A DNA stretch of 64,000 nucleotides from Bacteroidales bacterium (GTDB lineage Bacteria; Bacteroidota; Bacteroidia; Bacteroidales; UBA10428), in contig CBDDKV010000002.1 in the NCBI GenBank assembly GCA_965230395.1, positions 6,456,926 to 6,520,925 on the forward strand, read 5' to 3'. The translations under genes and the position numbers were made by a program. How positions within the stretch are numbered: position 1 is the first letter of the stretch; every line of letters starts with the position of its first letter. Below are positions 1 to 9,179 of the stretch, in pieces. The notes under the pieces are model-generated. The model had not been told where the DNA came from, ran no database searches, and worked only from the letters and a program-made list of their open reading frames with translations.

Positions 1-78
1 GTTCACTTCTCCAATTTTCTCCGAAATCGAAGCAACCAACTTTAATATCTTTACTGTTATGTTATACGGTGGTTTCAT
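1..78 (-). CDS. Fic family protein, N-terminal 26 aa only (runs off the window's left edge)
   Basis: Manual translation from ATG at 78: MKPPYNITVKILKLVASISEKIGEVN, which matches my recollection of the N-terminus of Bacteroidota Fic-domain proteins. Too short for the ORF track. Confidence 0.65.
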   Translation of the reverse strand, partial: MKPPYNITVKILKLVASISEKIGEVN

Positions 79-91
79 TGCATCTAATTTA

Positions 92-121
92 TGATACTAT
101 CATATGATAGTATCAAAGATA
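92..121 (-). promoter_or_regulatory. Perfect 24-bp palindrome (92-115) overlapping a Bacteroidota -7 promoter box (TATCTTTG on - strand, 114-121)
   Basis: TGATACTATCATATGATAGTATCA is its own reverse complement and lies 13 bp upstream of the Fic-like ATG. TAnnTTTG is the established Bacteroidota -7 consensus. Confidence 0.65.
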
Positions 122-177
122 CGTTCTCTAATTCAATTTCCAAACAACTAACCGATTAGAAAGGACACTCCCCTCTC

Positions 178-401
178 AACTGCCGCAAGTTCAATATCAC
201 TAAGTTAAGGTTGTTTCATATATTAAAGCCACCTAACCTACTCTTCGACTCCGCTCAGAGTGACGGTCAGGCTGAGCGGAGTCAAAGCCTTTTTCTTAAC
301 TTAATGACATTGACCGCAAGTTTATAACTTGTGGCTAAAAAGCAGACTATTTCTTTTCAACTTACCCTTCCATAATTTACAGAAGGCTATTATCTTAGCA
401 A
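178..401 (+). repeat. 224-bp direct repeat, copy 1 (nested MITE/REP structure)
   Basis: Aligns with 1347-1570 with 3 mismatches (at about 284, 324 and 349). Confidence 0.97.
192..313. mobile_element. MITE-like element with 18-bp imperfect terminal inverted repeats, a 9-bp flanking duplication and an internal REP-like hairpin
   Basis: Left end CAATATCACTAAGTTAAG vs reverse complement of right end CAATGTCATTAAGTTAAG. CCGCAAGTT at 183-191 and 314-322. Internal hairpin CTTCGACTCCGCTCAG...CTGAGCGGAGTC(A/G)AAG. Same structure at 1361-1482. Confidence 0.75.
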
Positions 402-571
402 AAGATCAATAAAAGTTCAGACTCAAGTTTTCAAGACTTAAAGGAATAATTTTTTCAAAGCTTCCTAACAGGGGTTAGACAAAATACTTACGCTAAGTGA
501 ATACAATCGTAATTAATAAAACATTTTGATTTTTCAACCGTTTAAATACCAAGAATTCATATATTTGAATC

Positions 572-802
572 ATGACAAGGAGAAAAAGATATAGGACTAG
601 TTATTTATTTCCAAAACCTACAATTATTCAAGGAGTTGGGAGCATTATGAATATTGCCGGGAATCATTATCACTTTCATTATACATCTTCGCCTGAAGAG
701 GCTGACTTTAAAGCAATAGAAAACGACTGGGGTATGGTAGGCAATGATATTCTTAAAGCTTCACAAAAAGTTGAAGATGAACTTTTAGAGCCTCAGGATT
801 AA
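572..802 (+). CDS. Small hypothetical protein, translationally coupled partner of the DUF2335 gene
   Basis: 76 aa. TAATG overlap with the next gene. TATATTTG -7 box at 560-567. C-terminal 'DFKAIENDWGMVGNDI' motif. Confidence 0.7.
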   Translation: MTRRKRYRTSYLFPKPTIIQGVGSIMNIAGNHYHFHYTSSPEEADFKAIENDWGMVGNDILKASQKVEDELLEPQD

Positions 803-1296
803 TGGACAAGAATCAAGACCAAACACAAAAAAACAAGGCGACTCAAGCAAATATTCATCCCGATACTTTACCCAACGATTTAGAAAAATTAATAGAATAC
901 ATTCCTGATGATAAAAAAGAAGAAGCACTAAAAACAATCACTTCTTTGACGGTTCAAAAAGCTTCATTTAGTGGACCATTACCTCCTCCTTCCATTTTAA
1001 GCGAATATGATTCAACACTAGAAAATGGTGCTGAAAGGATTATGAAGATGGCTGAACACCAGTCTAATCATCGGATTGAACTTGAAAAACATGCAATAAA
1101 AGAAGAATTAAGACAAAGTGGAAGAGGTCAAATTTATGGATTTATATTAGCATTAATTGGAATGGCTATCGCATTTGGTTTAGCTTATTTAGGACATGAT
1201 ACTGTAGCCGGTATATTTGGAACTACTACAATTGTTGGACTGGTTACAGTCTTTGTGCTCGGAAGACAGCAACAAAACAAAGAATCAGAAGAGTAA
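802..1296 (+). CDS. DUF2335 family predicted membrane protein
   Basis: SFSGPLPPPSILSEYD...GAERIMKMAEHQSNHR motif followed by two C-terminal TM helices. Confidence 0.85.
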   Translation: MDKNQDQTQKNKATQANIHPDTLPNDLEKLIEYIPDDKKEEALKTITSLTVQKASFSGPLPPPSILSEYDSTLENGAERIMKMAEHQSNHRIELEKHAIKEELRQSGRGQIYGFILALIGMAIAFGLAYLGHDTVAGIFGTTTIVGLVTVFVLGRQQQNKESEE

Positions 1297-1346
1297 TTTG
1301 TACTTTACCTAAAGGAAAAAACGGACGTTAGCATTTATGCCCCCCA

Positions 1347-1570
1347 AACTGCCGCAAGTTCAATATCACTAAGTTAAGGTTGTTTCATATATTAAAGCCA
1401 CCTAACCTACTCTTCGACTCCGCTCAGAGTGACGGTCAGGCTGAGCGGAGTCGAAGCCTTTTTCTTAACTTAATGACATTGACCGCAAGTTTGTAACTTG
1501 TGGCTAAAAAGCAGACTGTTTCTTTTCAACTTACCCTTCCATAATTTACAGAAGGCTATTATCTTAGCAA
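1347..1570 (+). repeat. 224-bp direct repeat, copy 2
   Basis: Near-identical to 178-401; offset 1169 bp. Confidence 0.97.
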
Positions 1571-1782
1571 GATGTTAATTAATAAAACCAACAGCGCCCA
1601 ATTGAAACTCCTGATATAATTGACTATTGATGCGATTAAAATTCGAAGGAAGAAATGCATCTCAAACAAGTTGATTTGATACCAGAGATTGGTGGGAAAA
1701 GTAGGGTTTCTGACATTTTGAAAAGTAAAAAAATGAATAATTAAGGTTTATCCGCCCTATTATGTTACATAAATAATAAGAT

Positions 1783-2283
1783 ATGCTTAGACAGACCTCA
1801 TTTCTGACAACCTTTGTTTTATTAGGTTGCTATGGCTTACAAAATAATAATACCGATAAGGGTTTAGCTCTTGAAGTCAAAGAACTTAATTACGGGATTT
1901 GTGAGTCCCGGAAAATAAATACCATTGAGGATGCCATTACACCCAGCGGTAAAGAATATATCGCAACAGGATTTAAACTGGTGGAAAAGACAGATACAAT
2001 CCCTGCCGTTTTAGGGAAAGAATTTGGGGTGCAATATTTTATTAAATGCAAAAGGACAAAGAATATCAAAGTAGAAAATATTTGGATTTTTCCATCTGAA
2101 ATCATAAATGACAAAGGGGAGAAATTCAAAGGAATACGTTATACCGTTTCAAAGCCAACTAATCACGCTACATTTACGAGTTATTATTTATCTGAAGAGT
2201 ACGAAACAAAAAAAGGCGAATGGATATTTCAGATGTATTATCAGGACACATTGTTGTATGAGAAAAAGTTTATTCTTGAGTAG
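1783..2283 (+). CDS. DUF3859-like putative lipoprotein
   Basis: Lipobox-like VLLGC; TDTIPAVLGKEFGVQY and GEWIFQMYYQDTLLYEKKF segments. Confidence 0.65.
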   Translation: MLRQTSFLTTFVLLGCYGLQNNNTDKGLALEVKELNYGICESRKINTIEDAITPSGKEYIATGFKLVEKTDTIPAVLGKEFGVQYFIKCKRTKNIKVENIWIFPSEIINDKGEKFKGIRYTVSKPTNHATFTSYYLSEEYETKKGEWIFQMYYQDTLLYEKKFILE

Positions 2284-2299
2284 AGAATCATGTCCAATC

Positions 2300-2998
2300 T
2301 CATAAATTTAAAAACCGGTAATTAACACTGAAGATCAAAACATTATTTATTTCCTTCAGCTTACCTTCATCTCCGTTTAGCCTGTTCGTAATACCTTTAT
2401 CGAATGTGAACATGAAATCGAATTTATTCACCTCATATCCGACAACGATGGGTATAGATAAACTCAATCTCTTGAAGTTGTGAGCCTTATATTTTTTGTC
2501 ATGTTTAACCTCTTCAAAGGAGTAATAATTGTATATGCCATTTGATTTATATGTAACGATTTCTTCTTTAAACCTCAGTGTTGATTTAAGGTTAATATTA
2601 CCAGAAATACCTCCCCCGACAAATAATCTGTCAGCTATCTTAATATAAAAAACCGGACTAATTTTTAAATTGTGGTTAACAATAGAAGATTCATAATATT
2701 TTATAAGTAATCCTGTCGGGTCAAGGAGTTTAAAATCAGGAAGGTTTTTATTGTTTAACCTAAAATATTCAACCGTTAATAAAGCCCCTGTTTTATTTTT
2801 GAGGATTTTCAGACTAGCTCCCAGGTTAAACGAAATCTTTGGACTAGCCTTTACATCACTGTCTATTCTGTAATCGCTTTTAAGCCCTACAAAGTTTAAA
2901 TTTCCTCCGCCAACAACACCAAGCTCAAGGCCCTGGGCATTTAATTCACTTCCAGCAAACAAGAGGGTAATCAATAAAATCAGTGTATATTTAGACAT
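2300..2998 (-). CDS. Small outer-membrane beta-barrel protein (PorT/OMP_b-brl_2-like)
   Basis: Signal peptide ending LNA-Q; GLELGVVGGGNLN N-terminal strand; alternating hydrophobic strands; C-terminal FSVNYRF. Confidence 0.7.
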   Translation of the reverse strand: MSKYTLILLITLLFAGSELNAQGLELGVVGGGNLNFVGLKSDYRIDSDVKASPKISFNLGASLKILKNKTGALLTVEYFRLNNKNLPDFKLLDPTGLLIKYYESSIVNHNLKISPVFYIKIADRLFVGGGISGNINLKSTLRFKEEIVTYKSNGIYNYYSFEEVKHDKKYKAHNFKRLSLSIPIVVGYEVNKFDFMFTFDKGITNRLNGDEGKLKEINNVLIFSVNYRFLNL

Positions 2999-2999
2999 G

Positions 3000-3365
3000 C
3001 TAATCTTCTTTTATAAGGTATTCTCTGAATAAAACTCCATCTATTAAAACTTCAACAAGGTAGGCCCCGGTTTTCTCTTCTGAAAAATCGAACGTACCGC
3101 TATTTCCTTCAAAAGAAAATTTCTTCCCCCGTCTGTCATCAAGTCCGTATATAAATATTTCTGCCTTATCATTCTCATGATTATGGAAGTATAAAACGCT
3201 ACCAAACGGATTAGGACATAGCGTAAAACTTTCTTCGGCACCCGAAGTTGAAGATGCACCTGATATTGATTTTAAAGTAATATTTAGTTCCCCGGCTGTA
3301 TTATCCGCTTCTTCACAGGAAATAAGAAACAAGAACATTGATGACAATAGAAGTATTCTTTTCAT
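3000..3365 (-). CDS. Small lipoprotein ending in a T9SS type-A C-terminal sorting-domain-like region
   Basis: Start reassigned to ATG 3365 (MKRILLLSSMFLFLISC). Contains FTLCPNPF...IFIYGLDD...KTGAYLVEV...EYLIKED. Confidence 0.6.
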   Translation of the reverse strand: MKRILLLSSMFLFLISCEEADNTAGELNITLKSISGASSTSGAEESFTLCPNPFGSVLYFHNHENDKAEIFIYGLDDRRGKKFSFEGNSGTFDFSEEKTGAYLVEVLIDGVLFREYLIKED

Positions 3366-3660
3366 AATAAACCACAAATCATTAAATATTAACATTTTAC
3401 AAGCATTACTTGCTTTAACACATCGTACAAACGGCACAAATATAACCCTTTCCTGACTAACCCGACTATTTTGCACACATGATTTTAACATCAGTATTTG
3501 AAACTGCTCCAAAGCCTAACCAAATAGGTTCAAGTTTCTTTTAGTCAGCCTAAAGATTTAATACAATGACAAATAAATAATTAATTCTAATGTAATAATG
3601 TCATTCTTTCTTTTATCTCAATAATATATTTTAGCCAAAATTATACAGATAATATTGGAT

Positions 3661-4896
3661 ATGACAAGTATTTGGGTAAAGAAAACACAGGAAGAAATTA
3701 AGAACAGGATTTTTAAATCCTTAATGGTAAATTCCAATTACGACGAGCATACGGTATTAGGCATACCTGCTTCGTACCTTGATGAAAAAGTTTTTAATCA
3801 GGATGAAATCTTTTTAAAAGATGCCCCTTTTTTGACCGCTTTAATGAAAAACCCAAATCACATTGGTTGTCATACCATGGGTAAGTCGGAATCGTTTTTC
3901 AAAGGCACACAGGAAATTGAAAACGAACTACTGGACATATGTGCCATTGACATACTCAAAAGTAAACCAGGAGGATATGATGGTTATGTAGCTTCGGGGG
4001 GAACAGAAGCCAACATTGAAGCAATTTGGATATACAGAAATCTCTTTATGTCTAAACATAATGCACAGAGAAATGAGATTGGAATTTTTTGTAGTGATGA
4101 CAGCCATTATTCCATGGATAAAGCCGGTAATTTGTTATCATTGGATGTCTACAAATTTCCTGTAGATGAAAATACCAGGGAATTAAAAGAAGAAAGTGTT
4201 GAGGCAGTGCTTCAGGAAGCAATAGCCGATGGAAAAAAATATTTTATTGTAATATGCAATATGATGACAACAATGTTTGGCTCTGTCGATGACATAGATG
4301 TCCTTACAAATTCATTAAACAAGCTGTCTTGTAACTTTAAACTTCATGTAGATGGGGCTTATGGAGGCTTTTACTACCCATTTTCAAATGCGAAAAGCCC
4401 TCTTACATTTGAAAATGATATGATTTCATCATTTACTTTGGATGCTCATAAAATGGCTCAGGCCCCCTATGGCACAGGTATTTTTATCATAAGAAAAGAT
4501 TTAATACACTATGTAAACACACAGGAGGCCAGTTATGTTGAAGGAGAGGATTTTACATTAATTGGAAGCCGGTCGGGTGCCAATGCAATTGCAGCATGGA
4601 TGATTTTGTCAAAATATGGCCCTTATGCATGGTTCGAAAAAATTTATATTTTACAGAAGAGAACTGAATGGCTATGTGAGGAACTGAATATGTTAAATAT
4701 ATGTTTTTACAGAAACCCGTTTTCGAACATTGTAACAATCAAAGCCGGTCAAATTAACAAGGACATTATATCTAAGTTTGGATTAGTTCCGGATAACCAT
4801 TCTAATCCTAAATGGTATAAAGTTGTAATTATGGAACATGTTACTGTTGAAAAACTGGAATTACTTATAAATGAATTGAAGAGCAAGAATAACTGA
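3661..4896 (+). CDS. Group II PLP-dependent amino-acid decarboxylase (MfnA/tyrosine or aspartate decarboxylase-like)
   Basis: SGGTEANIEA, HYSMDKA, LHVDGAYGG and the PLP-lysine motif SFTLDAHKM. Substrate cannot be determined from sequence. Confidence 0.85.
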   Translation: MTSIWVKKTQEEIKNRIFKSLMVNSNYDEHTVLGIPASYLDEKVFNQDEIFLKDAPFLTALMKNPNHIGCHTMGKSESFFKGTQEIENELLDICAIDILKSKPGGYDGYVASGGTEANIEAIWIYRNLFMSKHNAQRNEIGIFCSDDSHYSMDKAGNLLSLDVYKFPVDENTRELKEESVEAVLQEAIADGKKYFIVICNMMTTMFGSVDDIDVLTNSLNKLSCNFKLHVDGAYGGFYYPFSNAKSPLTFENDMISSFTLDAHKMAQAPYGTGIFIIRKDLIHYVNTQEASYVEGEDFTLIGSRSGANAIAAWMILSKYGPYAWFEKIYILQKRTEWLCEELNMLNICFYRNPFSNIVTIKAGQINKDIISKFGLVPDNHSNPKWYKVVIMEHVTVEKLELLINELKSKNN

Positions 4897-4964
4897 ACAA
4901 GTACGATAAGTTGATTCTTCAGATTCAACAATACTAAAAAGCTCAAACTTCAGAGTTGAAATAC

Positions 4965-5010
4965 AATGAAACATCCCGGTCATATATAGTTTTATATGAC
5001 CGGAAGTTTT
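4965..5010. repeat. 46-bp hairpin repeat, copy A
   Basis: CCCGGTCATATATAGTTTTATATGACCGGAA hairpin; 41/46 identical to 10744-10789. Confidence 0.85.
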
Positions 5011-5227
5011 ACAGGAAAAAAAATCAATAATAGTTTGTCAAATAAAGTGTTACAACAGCAATCATTGCACTCATGAGACGCAACAACGGCCATATCAACT
5101 TATGGCGGAAGCATATTTTCCAATCCTGTTGTAAATTCTCAGAACCTTAAAAAGAAAAAGTTATACGTACCCCAAAAACAAAACAGCCTAACTCCCCCTT
5201 AAAAAACATGAAACCCCTTTAGGTTAA

Positions 5228-6886
5228 TCAAAAACTTTCAAATTCAGAATCTGATTTTGAGTCTTTAAGATCCAGCCTTACGACCTCTTTCTTTTTAGTG
5301 GCTCCAGATACCTGTTTGCTTTCTTTTTTTCTGTCAACCTGATAATCCTTATCTCTTTTAGAGCCGGAATCCAGGTTACCAACCTCAAAAAAACTCACCA
5401 CATCCACAAGGTGGTCGGCCTGACCGTTCATCTCTTGCGAGCCGGTAGCCAATTGTTCACTTATAGAAGCATTCTGCTGGGTTACCCCACTCAATTGCTG
5501 TACGGCATTGTTTATCTGTGATGCCCCATTGTTTTGTTCCATACTAGCCGCCGATATCTCTTTAACCAGTTGAGCCGTTTTTTCTACATCGGGTAAAATA
5601 TTCTCCATTTTTTGTCCGGCTGTTTGTGCCAAATCAAGGCTACTGTTGGCAAGGGAAACAATTTCTTCAGCAGCCTCTTTACTTCGTTCGGCGAGCTTAC
5701 GCACTTCTGCAGCAACAACGGCAAACCCCTTACCGTGCTCTCCTGCCCTTGCAGCCTCAACAGCTGCATTTAAGGCTAAAATATTGGTCTGAAAGGCGAT
5801 ATCGTTGATTATGCTTATTTTCTCTGATATCTGTTGATTTGCTTCTACGGTTTGCATTGATCGCTGGCTCACCTCCTGAATTCCTGTTGATGCACTTTCT
5901 GCAATTTTTTCTGTTTGTTGCGAGTTATTTGTATTCTGCTGTATATTCGCTGCAATTTCTTCAATAGTTGAAGATACTTCTTCAACCGATGCAGCCTGTT
6001 CGTTGGCCCCCTGGCTCATCGATTGGGCTGAACTGCTTATTTCTGAGCTTGCGGACAAAATATTTTCAGATCCTGCGATAATCTCTGAAACAACTTCCTT
6101 TAGCTTTTGGCTCATATTCATCAATGCATTTGTTAGTTGTCCTATTTCATTGTCGCCCACATATTCAATTGATGCGGAAAGTTTACCATGAGCAATTTTC
6201 TCCGCAAATGCCACTCCTTTTGACAAAGGGATAGTAATAGACCTGATTAACATTACTCCGGCTATACTACCAATAATTACGAGGACAATAAACATGGCAA
6301 GCATCGTCAGACGACTTTTGTGTGTGGTCTCCATTATCGACTCAAATTCGATTTTGGCATCTTCAGAACTGTAATTGGTAAAATCGTCCAAAACGGTTCG
6401 TACTTCGTTAAAAACCGGCATATAATCATTAAAGTACGTACGTTTGGCTTTGCGCATAGAATGGTTATTTATTGCATCTACTAACTCATTGGTGATCCGG
6501 GTCAGGTTCTGGTAACCACTTGTAAAAATGTTCTCCAGATCAGTATGCTGTTCGCTGGTCGATTCTTTAAAAGCTTCAAGAAAAGCATTATAACGTTGTT
6601 GTACCTGCTGAAGGTTGGAAGTAATTTCATTTATCACAACAGATTTATCAGTATTCCTGTCCCCTTCCTTTATAATAGCATTACTAATCGCCAGGTTCGA
6701 CTGGTATACATCCCTGTCTGCCTCAATTAAATTCTGTATACCGGTCAACCGAACCTGGTAAATCGATTCGGTTTTTGCGATTAATTTATTCAGGTTGATC
6801 AGCGATATCAAAAAGGAAACTGCAAAAAAAGCCAGGAAAAGGACAATCATTAGAATTAATCTAAACCTTATACTCGTATCTCTCAT
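5228..6886 (-). CDS. Methyl-accepting chemotaxis protein (four-helix-bundle sensor, HAMP, MA domain)
   Basis: Two TM helices, HAMP domain, signature [40 protein letters not shown], and C-terminal pentapeptide EFESF. Confidence 0.95.
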   Translation of the reverse strand: MRDTSIRFRLILMIVLFLAFFAVSFLISLINLNKLIAKTESIYQVRLTGIQNLIEADRDVYQSNLAISNAIIKEGDRNTDKSVVINEITSNLQQVQQRYNAFLEAFKESTSEQHTDLENIFTSGYQNLTRITNELVDAINNHSMRKAKRTYFNDYMPVFNEVRTVLDDFTNYSSEDAKIEFESIMETTHKSRLTMLAMFIVLVIIGSIAGVMLIRSITIPLSKGVAFAEKIAHGKLSASIEYVGDNEIGQLTNALMNMSQKLKEVVSEIIAGSENILSASSEISSSAQSMSQGANEQAASVEEVSSTIEEIAANIQQNTNNSQQTEKIAESASTGIQEVSQRSMQTVEANQQISEKISIINDIAFQTNILALNAAVEAARAGEHGKGFAVVAAEVRKLAERSKEAAEEIVSLANSSLDLAQTAGQKMENILPDVEKTAQLVKEISAASMEQNNGASQINNAVQQLSGVTQQNASISEQLATGSQEMNGQADHLVDVVSFFEVGNLDSGSKRDKDYQVDRKKESKQVSGATKKKEVVRLDLKDSKSDSEFESF

Positions 6887-6921
6887 ATTTCTGTTTTTAT
6901 AGTTATATCTCCATTAATTGA

Positions 6922-8028
6922 TTATTTCGAAGAAAATTTGTACCGTAACTGAAAGTAGAAAAGAGCATTGTCAATTTCTTCAAATCCAGGTGCGGCATCC
7001 TCCATACGTGCCACATAGTTGAACATGATGGCTATGTTTTTTGCGGGATAATAATTAACGCCAATGGTCAGGTTATTGTAACGGTTATATCCATTGGCAT
7101 CCGGATTTTCATCATCCGGGGTATAAGAATCATACCTCACTACAGGTTCAAGTTGTTCTGTAACTTTATAAGCAGCCTCAATAAAGTATCCATTGTAGTT
7201 GAAATCACTACTTTTAACATCGTTGATTAACTGTTCGTTGCCACCACCAATATACTCGGCCATTACATACAGTTTTTCCTGTCGGGTAAGTAAATAAAAG
7301 CCATAGGACAAACGGTTAATCTGTATAGAATCCAAAGAAGTCCCTTGTCCTGTATGGAAATTTACCCCCACTTCCATCTTATTAATAGGAACAACTTCTA
7401 ACCTGGAAAACAAAGCTATACCATTTTCATCATTCTCGTATTTTGGCGACTTTACACTTGGATTCCAGTAGAATGCTGGCCCTGCATGAGGCATGGCAGC
7501 CATAACATAATAATTGACCTTTTTATCAAGGAACCCACCATAAGCCATTATACCGCCACTTCTGAACCCTGACAAACCAGCATTAGAATTCCAGTTTTGA
7601 GTAATCGTAGCGCGATCATTCAGAACCATGCTGGCTGTCGACCAAATAGATGAGCTAAGAACCCCGGACTTTGCTCCCGGAACAGGGAACTGTCCAAACC
7701 GCACATTTAAGTACTCCACCGGTTCGTATGACAAGAATACATCAAGAAGCGCCGGGTTCCCCCTGTCCAACCCAATCTGCGTTACCCACTTCACATTCGG
7801 GGTCAGCTTCCCCGAAGCTTTCCACCTGAAATACCTCACACTAAACCCATAATGTACGTCTAGCGAATCACGTTGTACATAACCCGTCCAGATATGAGTA
7901 AAACCACTCCATTTCAAGGTAGGTTTAAAGACTTCAGGCTCTTCCTGCGTATAAGATTTTACGCATATTCCACCAGTTAAAAATACCAGCAAAACAGTAA
8001 TCTTAATTAAGTTCTTAATTGTGCTCAT
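6922..8028 (-). CDS. OprO/OprP-like (phosphate-selective porin family) outer-membrane protein
   Basis: Start reassigned to ATG 8028. LLDVFLSY...LNVRFGQFPVP, LEPVVRYDSY, LTIGVNYY, C-terminal FQLRYKF. Confidence 0.75.
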   Translation of the reverse strand: MSTIKNLIKITVLLVFLTGGICVKSYTQEEPEVFKPTLKWSGFTHIWTGYVQRDSLDVHYGFSVRYFRWKASGKLTPNVKWVTQIGLDRGNPALLDVFLSYEPVEYLNVRFGQFPVPGAKSGVLSSSIWSTASMVLNDRATITQNWNSNAGLSGFRSGGIMAYGGFLDKKVNYYVMAAMPHAGPAFYWNPSVKSPKYENDENGIALFSRLEVVPINKMEVGVNFHTGQGTSLDSIQINRLSYGFYLLTRQEKLYVMAEYIGGGNEQLINDVKSSDFNYNGYFIEAAYKVTEQLEPVVRYDSYTPDDENPDANGYNRYNNLTIGVNYYPAKNIAIMFNYVARMEDAAPGFEEIDNALFYFQLRYKFSSK

Positions 8029-9179
8029 ACCATTTAAGAGTAAAATATAATTTCTACGTAGTTTTAATCTAAAAGTTAGTGAATTTTTACTTGTTAACCA
8101 ACAACCAATTACAATAAATTGGACTTCCATTTATCACATAGGAAATTTTTCTTTTTCAACACTTATTTGCCCCTATCATTCATCAGGTCAACTACAGCAT
8201 CCTAGCTTCCTGAAGCTTTGTTGCCTCCTTAAATCAGAATGGATTCCATTATATGGTTAATTCTTTTTTCTAAATAATTTTTATCAGGTTCCACCGAACA
8301 CAATGAACACATTAGAAAAATTTACTATTTCTTAGCTATTATAAAACTGCCCGTTTTCTATAATAAATGAGGCTTTCATTATTAATGATTAACTTAGCCA
8401 AAACGATTCGAAGTATTTCGCGATAAATTTACAGAATTCTACCATAACCCGGGAAAGTTGCACTTTTTCCTGGACAACGAAGATTTTGTTTTACAAGTTC
8501 AATTAATAATGATAATCGCACCCCACCCCCTTTGATATTCTCTCCAAGGAAAAGTCCTCTCAATGGATAATAGCCGACCTGCTTTGCAGCATAACCCGGA
8601 TTACATAAGAGACTTAAAAGATATTCGATTTTTTCTCCTGGGCTAATCCAACAAAAGACTCCACAACCTGTTTCCAGATGCAGAGCGTGTTTTGTGGGGT
8701 GTCGAACGTTTTTGAGCAAGATCTACACCCTGTTTTAGGGTGATGAAGCTAAATGGAAAATAAGTTCATTGTGCAGAGGCTAAATACTTGTCATTATTTT
8801 TGTTCTCCAATCTATCAAAGACCCTAAGTGGTAAAAATCGATAAGCTGGGCAAAAACATATTTTCCTGTGTTCATGCGAGTATAATTTACCCGCTGAACA
8901 TAACAATTCGAATCGTCACGCTAACAAAATTGACCGGACACTAATGATAACAATAATTCTAAAGAACCCTCTTTAATTTTTAGTGGCCACCAGTGCAGAG
9001 AAATGAACAACTCTCATGCAGATGTTAACATGATTTTTACAGCTACAGAAACTTATACTTATGAAGTCATAAAAGTTGGGGAGCAGTAATTTGTAGCACA
9101 CCAATTATTTTTTATAGATTAAAGCTCATATTACTAAAGCACTAAGGCACTAGTTGCCTTGGTGGTAAAAAAATAAAAG

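Noticed and set aside
178..1570. 224-bp repeats as a CRISPR array or a classical integron attC array
   Set aside because: Only two copies, far too long for CRISPR repeats, no cas or intI gene in the window, and no clear RYYYAAC/GTTRRRY boundaries.
8380..8720. 96-aa minus-strand ORF, and a + strand stretch (KRFEVFRDKFTEFY...) faintly like a decayed LuxR-type regulator tail
   Set aside because: The ORF has a non-ATG start and no recognisable motif. The + strand similarity needs frameshifts and is too weak to call without a search.
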